Notes: generated from the letters alone by a model not told the origin. A stretch of 40,054 bases of DNA from a virus (IMGVR_UViG_3300017700_000644:1-40054); one strand, 5' to 3'. Counted from the stretch's first letter, positions 1-7,798 are shown. Program-made: numbers and translations.

Positions 1-123
1 GACAGACCGGAGGGCCAAAGCCGCTTCAATTCCGCTTCCTCGTCCTCGCTCCAGGTCTTCAGATTGACGGGCTGAACGGGGCTAAGGCTTCCAATGTCGT
101 ACTTGCGACGGACGCGGGCAACC
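1..123. repeat. Terminal direct repeat (123 bp), left copy; circular contig overlap
   Basis: Positions 1-123 are identical to 39932-40054. The repeat lies inside a continuous ORF, so it is probably an assembly overlap of a circular or permuted genome. Confidence 0.95.
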
Positions 124-548
124 CATGATTGGTTTCGGCCAAGGACTTTGCCGATCTGAACGTCTGTCTTGCCGTCATCCTTCAGAGAGCGGACTTGTTC
201 GGCCAACTCTGATTCGACCGGGCCAGCACGACGCACGGGAGCCCTTCGTTCTTTAGGGCCGTGGACCGCCAACATTTTCTTGATGGCAGCGAGCGGACGA
301 CCTAGCACCTTCTGAACCTCTGAAATGTGAACACCCTTTGTCCACATGGACAGAAGCGTATTTACTTCCTGTTCGTCATGTTCCGCCTTCGGACGCCCCG
401 TCATCTTGACCAGAAGGCCAGCGCGGATTGCCTCGGTAGCCCATCCATCTACCGTCTGATGGCTGACGCCAAATTCAGCGCCAATCTCTTTATGGGTCTT
501 TCCAGCTTTCTTCATTTCGATGAAGCGCGGGTTTTCAAAGCGTCTCAC
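1..548 (-). CDS. gcrA: 5' part of an origin-spanning GcrA-like regulator with tandem HTH domains (about 309 aa in total; continues at 39931 down to 39550)
   Basis: Manual translation from GTG at 548 (GTGA overlap with the upstream stop) gives MRRFENPRFIEMKKAGKTHKEIGAEFGVSHQTVDGW...TWSEDEEAELKRLWPSGLS with no stop. It is in frame with ORF 39550-39960 and is missed by the ORF track. Confidence 0.8.
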   Translation of the reverse strand, partial: MRRFENPRFIEMKKAGKTHKEIGAEFGVSHQTVDGWATEAIRAGLLVKMTGRPKAEHDEQEVNTLLSMWTKGVHISEVQKVLGRPLAAIKKMLAVHGPKERRAPVRRAGPVESELAEQVRSLKDDGKTDVQIGKVLGRNQSWVARVRRKYDIGSLSPVQPVNLKTWSEDEEAELKRLWPSGL

Positions 549-931
549 GTTCTGTCTCCCTTTTTCGGCCAAGGCCGTGATGGAATTTTCTGTTTCGGGC
601 CGTCTTTCGAGAACCCGCGTGACTGAATGAGGCCGTGTCCGCGCTTGGCTAGGCGGGCCTGCTGGCCTGTAACCAGACCTTGCCGGTTGCTCTTGTGGAC
701 TATCTTCATATCCGCGTCGGTCTTGGCCTTGTGGCAGACTTCCTTGTGGGCAACCTTCAGATTTTCGTCGCTGTCGTCGCCGTAGATCGTCCACGCCTTG
801 ACGTGTTCGGCATCCCACGGCTCGCCAGCCAGAACCTTGCGCTCACAGAGGTAACAGACCCCTTTTTCCTTCTCCCATATGCGGAGACGGCGAGCCTTGG
901 TCATGGCTGGCCTGGCGGGCGCTTTGGTCAT
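545..931 (-). CDS. HNH endonuclease (small, CxxC-HNH type)
   Basis: CYLC...WDAEHVKAW..G.DSDENL..AH..CH..KT motif; translationally coupled to both neighbours. Confidence 0.8.
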   Translation of the reverse strand: MTKAPARPAMTKARRLRIWEKEKGVCYLCERKVLAGEPWDAEHVKAWTIYGDDSDENLKVAHKEVCHKAKTDADMKIVHKSNRQGLVTGQQARLAKRGHGLIQSRGFSKDGPKQKIPSRPWPKKGDRT

Positions 932-1443
932 TCCCCAGGCTCAATCTCTATCACTACAGCCCCGCCCTTAATCTCGGGTGGCGTCGGAACGTGTGCCCAT
1001 TTTTGGCGCGCCCGGATTTTGCAGACCGTCTGGTTAGAGACGCCAAGTTTGCGCCCCAGCGCCCCGCTTGTTTCGGTGGAGGACCGGATGGCAAAAATGT
1101 CGGCTTCGTTGAGCCTTGCGTTCCAATGCGTTTCGCCTGTCGAACTCCGTCCTTTGGAGACCATATCCCTCATGTTTTCGGCTTGGGTGCCGAGCCAAAG
1201 ATGATCGGGGTTTACGCACGCAGGCGTGTCGCAGCGGTGAAGGACGAGTAGGGGGCCGGGGCAGACTCCTGTTGCGGTTTCGTATGAAACGCGGTGGGCT
1301 TTATGCTTTTTTCTGCGAATCTGCATATAGCCGTAGCCCTTTTCGCTGACCGGTCCCGTCCATAGCCAGCACCCTGAGTTAAGGTCCGGTTCGGATCGAG
1401 CCCTGAAATAATCGCTGTTTATTGTGGCGGCGCGCTTGCTCAC
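928..1443 (-). CDS. HNH homing endonuclease (HNH_3 plus C-terminal HTH)
   Basis: GCWLWTG, GYG, AHRVSY, LHRCDTPACVNPDHLWLGTQAENMRDM, followed by a C-terminal HTH. Confidence 0.92.
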   Translation of the reverse strand: MSKRAATINSDYFRARSEPDLNSGCWLWTGPVSEKGYGYMQIRRKKHKAHRVSYETATGVCPGPLLVLHRCDTPACVNPDHLWLGTQAENMRDMVSKGRSSTGETHWNARLNEADIFAIRSSTETSGALGRKLGVSNQTVCKIRARQKWAHVPTPPEIKGGAVVIEIEPGE

Positions 1444-1805
1444 TGACGGCCCTCCTGTTTATCGGGAGCCAATTCAATGACTACCGCGCCTCCTTTTATT
1501 GGCTCTGCGAAACGGACGACAGGGCTATTGAATGTCGAATCGTTGACGCCAAGAGCTTGTGCGATCCCGTCAAGATGCGCCTTATTGGCACTGACGGCGT
1601 TGTCGGCGTCTATCGCGTGGGCTGTTTTCGGGTGTATAATCAGGGTCACGTTGACGCGGCCTGTAGGCTTTGGAACCTTGGCCTCAAGGGTTGCGTAAAA
1701 AGCAGCGCTTCGGTGTGTGCGAGTGGCCCGGAGCTTGGCTCCCCAGTGAGGCCGTTTGTTGGGCCACAGAGCGGGCGCGGGGAAAGGGAGGCGGATAGCG
1801 GTCAA
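1440..1805 (-). CDS. rusA: RusA-like Holliday junction resolvase
   Basis: N-terminal LPFPAPALWPN and the DADNAVSANKAHLDGIAQALGVNDS acidic catalytic pattern. Confidence 0.75.
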   Translation of the reverse strand: MTAIRLPFPAPALWPNKRPHWGAKLRATRTHRSAAFYATLEAKVPKPTGRVNVTLIIHPKTAHAIDADNAVSANKAHLDGIAQALGVNDSTFNSPVVRFAEPIKGGAVVIELAPDKQEGRQ

Positions 1806-1993
1806 AACATAGCCTCCGGTCTGCGCGGATGATCCTGAACCAAGTCCTCATCATCCGTGGCGATATGGGTCCAAAGCGCCTTATCAAGTTCAGACGACGG
1901 GATGACATCAAGGGCCAAAGCGGCGTCCTGCATGGAATGACCACGCCTCATCATCTGTCTTGCCGCCAAGACGTGAGCGGGGGAGGCGGTCAT
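1802..1993 (-). CDS. Small HTH-like protein
   Basis: ATG at 1993 coupled to the upstream stop; ARQMMRRGHSMQDAALALDV is HTH-like. Confidence 0.55.
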   Translation of the reverse strand: MTASPAHVLAARQMMRRGHSMQDAALALDVIPSSELDKALWTHIATDDEDLVQDHPRRPEAMF

Positions 1994-2151
1994 TGCGACT
2001 GAATCACATAGAGAGAGACAAGGCAGAGAGCGGTCCCACACAGAAGGCTTCCCATAGCTCGCGCAAAGCCCTGTTTTGAGTGGAAGTCGAGCATCACGCC
2101 GCAGAAGCACAGAAAGACGCCGCAGCCCAAGCAAATCCAAGCCGCGTTCAC
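1990..2151 (-). CDS. Small two-TM membrane protein (53 aa, not in ORF track)
   Basis: GTGA and ATGA overlaps at both ends; MNAAWICLGCGVFLCFCGVML...LLCGTALCLVSLYVIQSQ is hydrophobic. Confidence 0.55.
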   Translation of the reverse strand: MNAAWICLGCGVFLCFCGVMLDFHSKQGFARAMGSLLCGTALCLVSLYVIQSQ

Positions 2152-2426
2152 CGGCCCAACTCCAGCTTGATTTCCTCGTTCGTCAGAGCCCGAAGCGCCC
2201 GGTCAATGTCACTGACCTTTTTCTTCTGGCTGACGGCTTTCTTGCGGGCGTCCTTAAGCTCTCCACGCTCTCTAGCTATGGAAGCGAGACGTTCGGTTTT
2301 GGCGCGGTGGATTGTGAAAAACTCAGCGTCTTTCCAGTTGTCAGAGCCGGGAACGAACCCGACCTGAACGGTGCGGCGTCCGAACCCGAACTGACGCCAG
2401 AAGGCTTTCCATGCAGATATGATCAT
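2148..2426 (-). CDS. Hypothetical protein
   Basis: ORF coupled within the leftward operon, GGAGG RBS. Confidence 0.6.
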   Translation of the reverse strand: MIISAWKAFWRQFGFGRRTVQVGFVPGSDNWKDAEFFTIHRAKTERLASIARERGELKDARKKAVSQKKKVSDIDRALRALTNEEIKLELGR

Positions 2427-2662
2427 TATGCAATCCTCCAGATGCGATAGCCGTTGTTTGCTTTGTCCTTACGCGTGGCGAATCTCATGGCGGGGTCTGA
2501 CTTCCGCATGTAGCCAATCGTTCCAGAGCATCGCGGGCCAGTGAAGCCGGGGCAGAAAATGCTGTCACCCACTTCCGTCTTGCGAAGCGCCGCGACAAGC
2601 CCCTCAGACTCGTAATCTTTGCGCGGTGGGATAGTGACGCCCTTTTCAATCACGAAGGTCAC
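2426..2662 (-). CDS. Conserved small phage DNA-binding-like protein
   Basis: IEKGVTIPP...EVGDSIF...YRIWRIA pattern is common in phage proteins. Confidence 0.65.
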   Translation of the reverse strand: MTFVIEKGVTIPPRKDYESEGLVAALRKTEVGDSIFCPGFTGPRCSGTIGYMRKSDPAMRFATRKDKANNGYRIWRIA

Positions 2663-2889
2663 TTGCTATCCTCCATAGCGGCTTTCAGCAGCGTGGACGC
2701 CGAAACTCCGTAAGCCGCAGAGAGCGCAGCCAAGGTCGCGGTCGTCGGGTTGGTGTTCTTCCCACTCTCCAGAACCCAGAGGTTCGGGGTTGATATGCCG
2801 GTGAGCTTTGCAGCTTCGCGGAATGACAAGCCTCGCGCCTCGCGCTTGGTCTTGAGAATGGAGCCTAGGCGGTTCGGTTCGTTTTCCAT
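2659..2889 (-). CDS. XRE-family HTH regulator (Cro/repressor-like), probably leaderless
   Basis: LKTKREARGLSFREAAKLTGISTPNLWVLESGKNTNPT; TATAGT lies 6 nt upstream of the ATG at 2889. Confidence 0.85.
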   Translation of the reverse strand: MENEPNRLGSILKTKREARGLSFREAAKLTGISTPNLWVLESGKNTNPTTATLAALSAAYGVSASTLLKAAMEDSK

Positions 2890-2993
2890 GCGCGGACTAT
2901 AGGACGAACAGAAGCGTTCAATCAAGTATCATTTTCCGCTTGCAATCGTTTTGCCGCTGCGTATTGTGTGAAGAACAAACGGGAGCCAAGCCA
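2890..2993. promoter_or_regulatory. Divergent promoter region (leftward TTGATT..TATAGT; rightward TTGCAA-N16-TATTGT)
   Basis: Divergence point of the two operons, sigma70-like hexamers, imperfect palindrome GAACAGAAGCGTTC. Confidence 0.6.
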
Positions 2994-3242
2994 ATGACCG
3001 ATCCGACCCAAGTTTACAGAGGCGAGTGTGACGCCTGCGCCTGCACGGTGCGAGATAACGAAATCGACCTGTACCCGCATGGCCGTCTGATGGTCTGTTT
3101 CGACTGTCTGGAGACGCTGGAAGCCGAAGCCGAGGACGAAGCCCGCCAAGAGGAAGAAGAAGCCTTTTCGGGCCATGACCGTGATAGCTGGTTCAACTTC
3201 GCGGCTGACATTGCTCTCGCTCCGTTCAATGGGAGGGCGTGA
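2994..3242 (+). CDS. Small Zn-finger-like acidic protein
   Basis: CDAC...CFDC with an acidic tail; GGGAG RBS. Confidence 0.6.
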   Translation: MTDPTQVYRGECDACACTVRDNEIDLYPHGRLMVCFDCLETLEAEAEDEARQEEEEAFSGHDRDSWFNFAADIALAPFNGRA

Positions 3243-3517
3243 TGGGCGAATTCAAGCCGGGCGATGAGGTGGTGTGTGTGGACGATGAAGGAACCAGCGT
3301 CGTCATCAAGGGACAGAGGTACGTCGTCGTTGACGCTTACCGTCACTTCATTGCCCTTGCTGGCGTATATGGAACGTTTGCGCCGGGTATGTACGCCCGA
3401 CGCTTCCGCAAGGTCCAGAAGCGCAACGACCGCCTGACCATAGAAGCCTTATCCGTCATCAAGGACGGATTCGAGGAGCCTAAGCGCGCTCCAGCCAAGA
3501 AAAGGGAGAAAGTCTGA
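3242..3517 (+). CDS. Hypothetical protein (SH3-like FKPGDEVVCVDD start)
   Basis: Coupled ORF with a typical phage motif. Confidence 0.6.
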   Translation: MGEFKPGDEVVCVDDEGTSVVIKGQRYVVVDAYRHFIALAGVYGTFAPGMYARRFRKVQKRNDRLTIEALSVIKDGFEEPKRAPAKKREKV

Positions 3518-3696
3518 TGGACCCGAAAGAGGCTTACATCGAAGAACATGAGCGCCTTGTCGGTGAATACATGGACGCAGGCATGACGGAAGCCGAGGCT
3601 GAACGAAAGGCTGACGGCGAGGCATACGGAGCCATGACGGATCGGTATGCGGATATGGCGGACCAGGCCCGCCAGCGTGAAAAGGATGGTTGGTGA
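3517..3696 (+). CDS. Hypothetical protein (59 aa, not in ORF track)
   Basis: TGATG overlaps at both ends, AGGGAG RBS; MDPKEAYIEEHERLVGEY... Confidence 0.65.
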   Translation: MDPKEAYIEEHERLVGEYMDAGMTEAEAERKADGEAYGAMTDRYADMADQARQREKDGW

Positions 3697-4001
3697 TGGT
3701 CGATCATACCGAAGGCCCGTTTACGCAGCTTCCGACCGACAACGGGATTTACATTCTCGGTCAGGGGCAAAAGCATATCGCCACGGTCCTGCCGTTCTAC
3801 GCGGGCCTGAACCGTAACGTCGCGAACGCTAACCTGTTTGAAGCGGCTCCCGATCTTCTGGCTGCGCTTAAGTGGTTGTTGGAGGAAGTCGCTGACAGTG
3901 ACGTAACGGAAGCGCAAATGTGGTCAGCGGGCCTAGGCGGAAACTTCATCAACGGCGTGGTTTCAGCGCGCGCAGCAATCGCGAAGGCGGAAGGAAAATG
4001 A
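3696..4001 (+). CDS. Hypothetical phage protein (HTEGP...ANANLFEAAPDLLAAL family)
   Basis: The AAPDLLAALK...ARAAIAKAEG motif is widespread in phage early genes. Confidence 0.75.
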   Translation: MVDHTEGPFTQLPTDNGIYILGQGQKHIATVLPFYAGLNRNVANANLFEAAPDLLAALKWLLEEVADSDVTEAQMWSAGLGGNFINGVVSARAAIAKAEGK

Positions 4002-4243
4002 GGACGGTTTTCATCCGCGACGGCGACGAACCGTCAGACCTTGAGGTTGGCGCGTCTGCCATCCAAAAAGCCCAAGAGCGCGGTTCTGTCCTTTCTTTCG
4101 ATATGAGCATGAGTACTTTGCTTTTCGCCATCGGCTCCATAGAGCGCATCAAGGCGCTTGACCCGGAACAGCAGACTAGATTGCGCCAAGCCACAATCCG
4201 TCTTTCCAATGCAGAGAGGAAACATAGCCGTGAATCTCAATAG
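3998..4243 (+). CDS. Hypothetical protein
   Basis: ATGA-coupled ORF. Confidence 0.5.
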   Translation: MRTVFIRDGDEPSDLEVGASAIQKAQERGSVLSFDMSMSTLLFAIGSIERIKALDPEQQTRLRQATIRLSNAERKHSRESQ

Positions 4244-4811
4244 CGACTACCGGCCTCTAGCGCGCGTGGCGTTGCCGTTCGCTGGCCGCCAAAAGTATAT
4301 GCACGGTTTCGACTGTGCGGCCCCCGTCATGCCTGACGGGTTTGAGGACTACCTAGAGCCAGTCCTTACGCTTCTGGATGCTGCTGGCGTTCGGTGCGGC
4401 AAGGCGTGGATGACAGTTGACGAAAAGGTGGTTAAGGCCGGTGAAAGCCAGCGCCGTCCCGGCCCTCACGTTGACGGCAAGTTTAACATGAAAGCTGTCC
4501 GTTGGGGAGGTGGGGGAGGTGGCGGCTGGAATCATTCCTGCAATCTGGTTCCAGTATCGCGGACGCCTGTTATCGTCGTGGCTTCTGCGGTAGGGTGCCG
4601 GGCGTGGCGGGGTCAGTTTGAGGCTCAGCCTCGCGATGATGGCGACCTTTCGCACATTGCGGACGCTCTGGGCGCTGGTGAGATTTTGCCCGCCAATATC
4701 GGCTACTTGCTCTCAGGCGACTGCGTACACGAAAGCATTATGCTGACTGAGGACACGCAGCGAACATTCCTTCGCATTGCCCTGCCACAGTTAGAGGGCG
4801 TCAATGAATGA
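4230..4811 (+). CDS. Putative 2OG-Fe(II) dioxygenase-like protein
   Basis: RPGPHVDG (HxD), CVHES (distal His) and QRTFLRI (Arg); GAGGA RBS before the GTG. Confidence 0.65.
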   Translation: MNLNSDYRPLARVALPFAGRQKYMHGFDCAAPVMPDGFEDYLEPVLTLLDAAGVRCGKAWMTVDEKVVKAGESQRRPGPHVDGKFNMKAVRWGGGGGGGWNHSCNLVPVSRTPVIVVASAVGCRAWRGQFEAQPRDDGDLSHIADALGAGEILPANIGYLLSGDCVHESIMLTEDTQRTFLRIALPQLEGVNE

Positions 4812-5043
4812 CCAGCCCCTAGCCATATTCCGCGACGGCCAGCTCTGGATCAACGACGGTGGAGCATTTGAGCCCGTTGAGCGCTGGCGTCTGGTTCTGT
4901 GGCGCGAACACTTTCTAGAGAAAGCAGCGGAAACCAAAACACCTAACCCGCTATCCGCTACCTATGCGGCCCAACTACAAGCGGCACTGACCGCGTTTGA
5001 AGAATATGAAAGGGAGAGAAAATGCGAAGTAGCGAAAGCCTAG
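4804..5043 (+). CDS. Hypothetical protein
   Basis: Coupled ORF with RBS. Confidence 0.55.
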   Translation: MNDQPLAIFRDGQLWINDGGAFEPVERWRLVLWREHFLEKAAETKTPNPLSATYAAQLQAALTAFEEYERERKCEVAKA

Positions 5044-5702
5044 GCAAGATCAGCCCCGCGCTGGTTGCGGCTATCAACGCCATTGAGGGCGTTAAGAAGG
5101 GCGCAGATAATCCGTTCTTCAAGTCCAAGTATGCCAACCTAGAATCCGTCATTGAGGCCGCGCACGGCGCTCTCTCGGCTAACGGTTTGGCGGTCATGCA
5201 GGGGCCTGGTCCTATGGACGGCAATTGCATCACCCTGACCACGCGCCTGATCCATGAGAGCGGAGAATGGGTGGAGACGGACTTCTCTCTCCCTGCTGGC
5301 AAGATGGACCCGCAAGCGGCAGGGTCGGCCATCACCTACGCCCGCCGTTACTCGCTCATGGCAATGTTGAATATGCCAGCGGTTGATGATGACGGCGAAG
5401 CGTCTATGCCGCGAACCACAAAGCCCGGCGAGCCTAAAAACCCAACGGTCAACGTGCATCAAGAGGGCCCGGATTGGTGGAAGGCAGAAGGGCCGGGAAT
5501 GTCGTCGTCAGCAGCCAAAAAGGAAGGCTGGGGCGACACATTCGACGTATGGCGGCAAGAGATTGAAGCCCTGACCACGGCACAGGACTGGAAAGACTGG
5601 TGCGCCCTCAACAGCACCGACATCAAGGCGCTGCCGAAAGGTTGGCGTGTTATTCTCCGCGAGGAAGCGGAACACAGAGGCAAAGAGCTAGGAGCGATCT
5701 AA
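5022..5702 (+). CDS. erf: ERF-family single-strand annealing protein
   Basis: NPFFKSKYANLESV, HESGEW, QAAGSAITYARRYSL...DDDG. Confidence 0.93.
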   Translation: MRSSESLGKISPALVAAINAIEGVKKGADNPFFKSKYANLESVIEAAHGALSANGLAVMQGPGPMDGNCITLTTRLIHESGEWVETDFSLPAGKMDPQAAGSAITYARRYSLMAMLNMPAVDDDGEASMPRTTKPGEPKNPTVNVHQEGPDWWKAEGPGMSSSAAKKEGWGDTFDVWRQEIEALTTAQDWKDWCALNSTDIKALPKGWRVILREEAEHRGKELGAI

Positions 5703-6028
5703 TGGCGTTTGAAATGAAACCGGGAAGCGGAACCCTTTTCCGAAACGACAAGGACGGCAACGACAAGCGTCCTGATTATCGCGGTGAGCTTAAGTTGGCT
5801 GACGGCGAGGTCATCAAGCTGGCGGGCTGGATCAAGGAAGGCGCTAAAGGCAAATTCCTGTCGTTGTCCGTCGACAAGCCTAAAGAGCAATCGGATGCAG
5901 CCTTTCCTAGCAGCCGTGATGAAGGCTTTTCCGGGGACAATCGTCATGGAAAGGGTCAGGACGCGGGGCGGCGGGCTGCTTACGAGGCCAGCCAGCGAGA
6001 CGACCCATTCGGGGAGCCGCCGTTCTGA
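5702..6028 (+). CDS. Putative ssDNA-binding protein
   Basis: GTLFRNDK...PDYRG...LAGW...GKFLSLSV with an acidic DDPFGEPPF tail; follows erf. Confidence 0.65.
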   Translation: MAFEMKPGSGTLFRNDKDGNDKRPDYRGELKLADGEVIKLAGWIKEGAKGKFLSLSVDKPKEQSDAAFPSSRDEGFSGDNRHGKGQDAGRRAAYEASQRDDPFGEPPF

Positions 6029-6354
6029 TGCTTGTATCAGATGACGATATGCACCACGTCCTAGAGGTTCTTGGCGATGAGTCTGGAGCCGCGCACAGGG
6101 CTGCACATGAGTACCTTGACGCCCTGACCAAGACAGTTCTAGCCGAGCTAATGGGCGAGAGTGACGCCAAGAGCGCGACAGAGCGTGAGCAATGGGCGAG
6201 AGCGCAGCCACGGTTCAAGGAGCATCTAGCCAAGGTCGGAGCGCAGGCTAAAGCTGATTACACAGCCCGCCAACGGTATGCGGCAGCCAACGCCAAGATG
6301 GAAGTGTGGCGCACACAGAACGCCAATAACAGGGCAGCGGAGCGGGTTCGATGA
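6028..6354 (+). CDS. Hypothetical coiled-coil protein of the recombination module
   Basis: SATEREQWARA...MEVWRTQNANNR conserved-looking motif; coupled. Confidence 0.65.
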   Translation: MLVSDDDMHHVLEVLGDESGAAHRAAHEYLDALTKTVLAELMGESDAKSATEREQWARAQPRFKEHLAKVGAQAKADYTARQRYAAANAKMEVWRTQNANNRAAERVR

Positions 6355-6539
6355 ACGACGGATTTGACGCGATATTCCACGTCCGCTCTTACGACTGCCC
6401 GAAAAGCAGAGCGAGCCGGGACAAGTGGCTTGCACACAGGGAAGCGGCGGGAATGCCTGTCGTGCAGCAGCTACAGCGTTTCGATACGATCCCGAACGAG
6501 TTCCAGAAGCAATTTGAGCGGATGAGAAATAGGACTTGA
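6351..6539 (+). CDS. Hypothetical protein
   Basis: ATGA-coupled short ORF. Confidence 0.45.
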   Translation: MNDGFDAIFHVRSYDCPKSRASRDKWLAHREAAGMPVVQQLQRFDTIPNEFQKQFERMRNRT

Positions 6540-6587
6540 CAGCGACCGGTCGCTGCGTATGGTCTCCCTAATAAAAGGGAGAGACAG
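6536..6587 (+). promoter_or_regulatory. Sigma70-type promoter with palindromic operator and RBS
   Basis: TTGACA(6536)-N16-TATGGT(6558); perfect palindrome CAGCGACCGGTCGCTG at 6540-6555; AAGGGAG RBS. Confidence 0.7.
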
Positions 6588-6953
6588 ATGAACACCGCCT
6601 TTGACACCAGCGGCGCTGTAGGAGAAATGCCGGGATGGCGCACGCCTGTCCCGTCCTGCAACCGCTTTATGCGTTGGTATGACCTCTCGCCCTTCACGCA
6701 AGGCTATATCGAGGCGTTGTTTTCTAGCAGTGTCGCTCCACACACAATGTGGCCCTGTCGGTTCCAAGACCTCGCCCCGGATACTCTCGCGCGGATCATT
6801 GCGGACTGTGAGGCTCGCGTTGCGGATCGGGGTGTCGCCAACCGTTGCGACGGCGCGTGGTTCTGGAACGGCCGCCAGTCCAAGTCGGTGAAAGGCTTCC
6901 CGCCCCTGACCGTCCAGCTAGGCGACGACGGAAAAGTAAGGTTCGCAGCATGA
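6588..6953 (+). CDS. Hypothetical protein
   Basis: Strong promoter and RBS upstream; LSPFTQGYIEALF motif. Confidence 0.7.
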   Translation: MNTAFDTSGAVGEMPGWRTPVPSCNRFMRWYDLSPFTQGYIEALFSSSVAPHTMWPCRFQDLAPDTLARIIADCEARVADRGVANRCDGAWFWNGRQSKSVKGFPPLTVQLGDDGKVRFAA

Positions 6954-7126
6954 CCCGCGCAGAGCAAAAACAGAAAGAGCGCGACAAGCTCAAGGCGGAC
7001 GGCTGTAAAAGGGTAGAGGTGGTCCTTACAGCCTCTCAATCCCTGAAGCTTGACCTTATGGCTTCTGAAGCAGGAAAGCCCAAAGCATCCATCATTGCAG
7101 GGCTTATAGAGGGGGCGGGCAAGTGA
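6950..7126 (+). CDS. Small ribbon-helix-helix-like DNA-binding protein
   Basis: MTRAEQKQKERDKLKADGCKRVEVVL...LDLMASEAGKPKASII. Confidence 0.6.
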   Translation: MTRAEQKQKERDKLKADGCKRVEVVLTASQSLKLDLMASEAGKPKASIIAGLIEGAGK

Positions 7127-7260
7127 ACTTTTGGCAAATGATCAAAGCGGCGCGAGCGAAGCCGATGAACCCGCGCGCTGATCTTACTGAGGCGGTCGTT
7201 CTTGTTGCTATCGCTCTCGTTATGGCCGGTATGCTTATCGGTAGCGTGGTTCTACCATGA
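7123..7260 (+). CDS. Small membrane protein (45 aa, not in ORF track)
   Basis: GTGA overlap; C-terminal hydrophobic helix AVVLVAIALVMAGMLIGSVVLP. Confidence 0.5.
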   Translation: MNFWQMIKAARAKPMNPRADLTEAVVLVAIALVMAGMLIGSVVLP

Positions 7261-7290
7261 GCGCGCAACTCAGGCTTATAGAGGGGGCTA

Positions 7291-7494
7291 GTGATGGAGT
7301 GGCAACCGATTGAGACTGCGCCGCAGGACGGGACGGAAATCCTGATCGCGGGCCGGTATGATTTCTCGGGCGTGTGGGACATGGCGGTAGGCGACTGCCG
7401 AGGGGGCAAGGCGCGTCCCTTTGTGGGCGAACACACCGCGACCCACTGGATGCCCCTGCCTGCCCCGCCCCAAACAAAAGGCAACCAATCATGA
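7291..7494 (+). CDS. DUF551-like protein
   Basis: WQPIETAPQDGTEIL...THWMPLPAPP signature. Confidence 0.85.
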   Translation: MMEWQPIETAPQDGTEILIAGRYDFSGVWDMAVGDCRGGKARPFVGEHTATHWMPLPAPPQTKGNQS

Positions 7495-7778
7495 CAGAGA
7501 CGATGTTTGATAGGCTGACCGCCGCCATCGGAACGCATCTATACGGGTTTGTTCATCCTGAGGGGACGCCTAACACTTGGGCCACGTCTCGCGATACCGC
7601 CCGCGCTGCTCTTGAAGCCATCAGGGAGCCAACTTCGGAGGTGGTTTCCGCTGGCTACCCTGCCTTTGCAGACCCGTGTTGGCCGGAGGATGCGGCGCGT
7701 GGCTACACTGCCATGATCGACGCCATCCTCTCCCAATCCCAAGAGGGGCCGCAACCTAACAGCCCCGCTTCCCGTTAA
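7491..7778 (+). CDS. Hypothetical phage protein
   Basis: ARAALEAIREPT...AMIDAIL motif. Confidence 0.7.
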   Translation: MTETMFDRLTAAIGTHLYGFVHPEGTPNTWATSRDTARAALEAIREPTSEVVSAGYPAFADPCWPEDAARGYTAMIDAILSQSQEGPQPNSPASR

Positions 7779-7798
7779 GCCGAGACAAGGAGAAAGCC

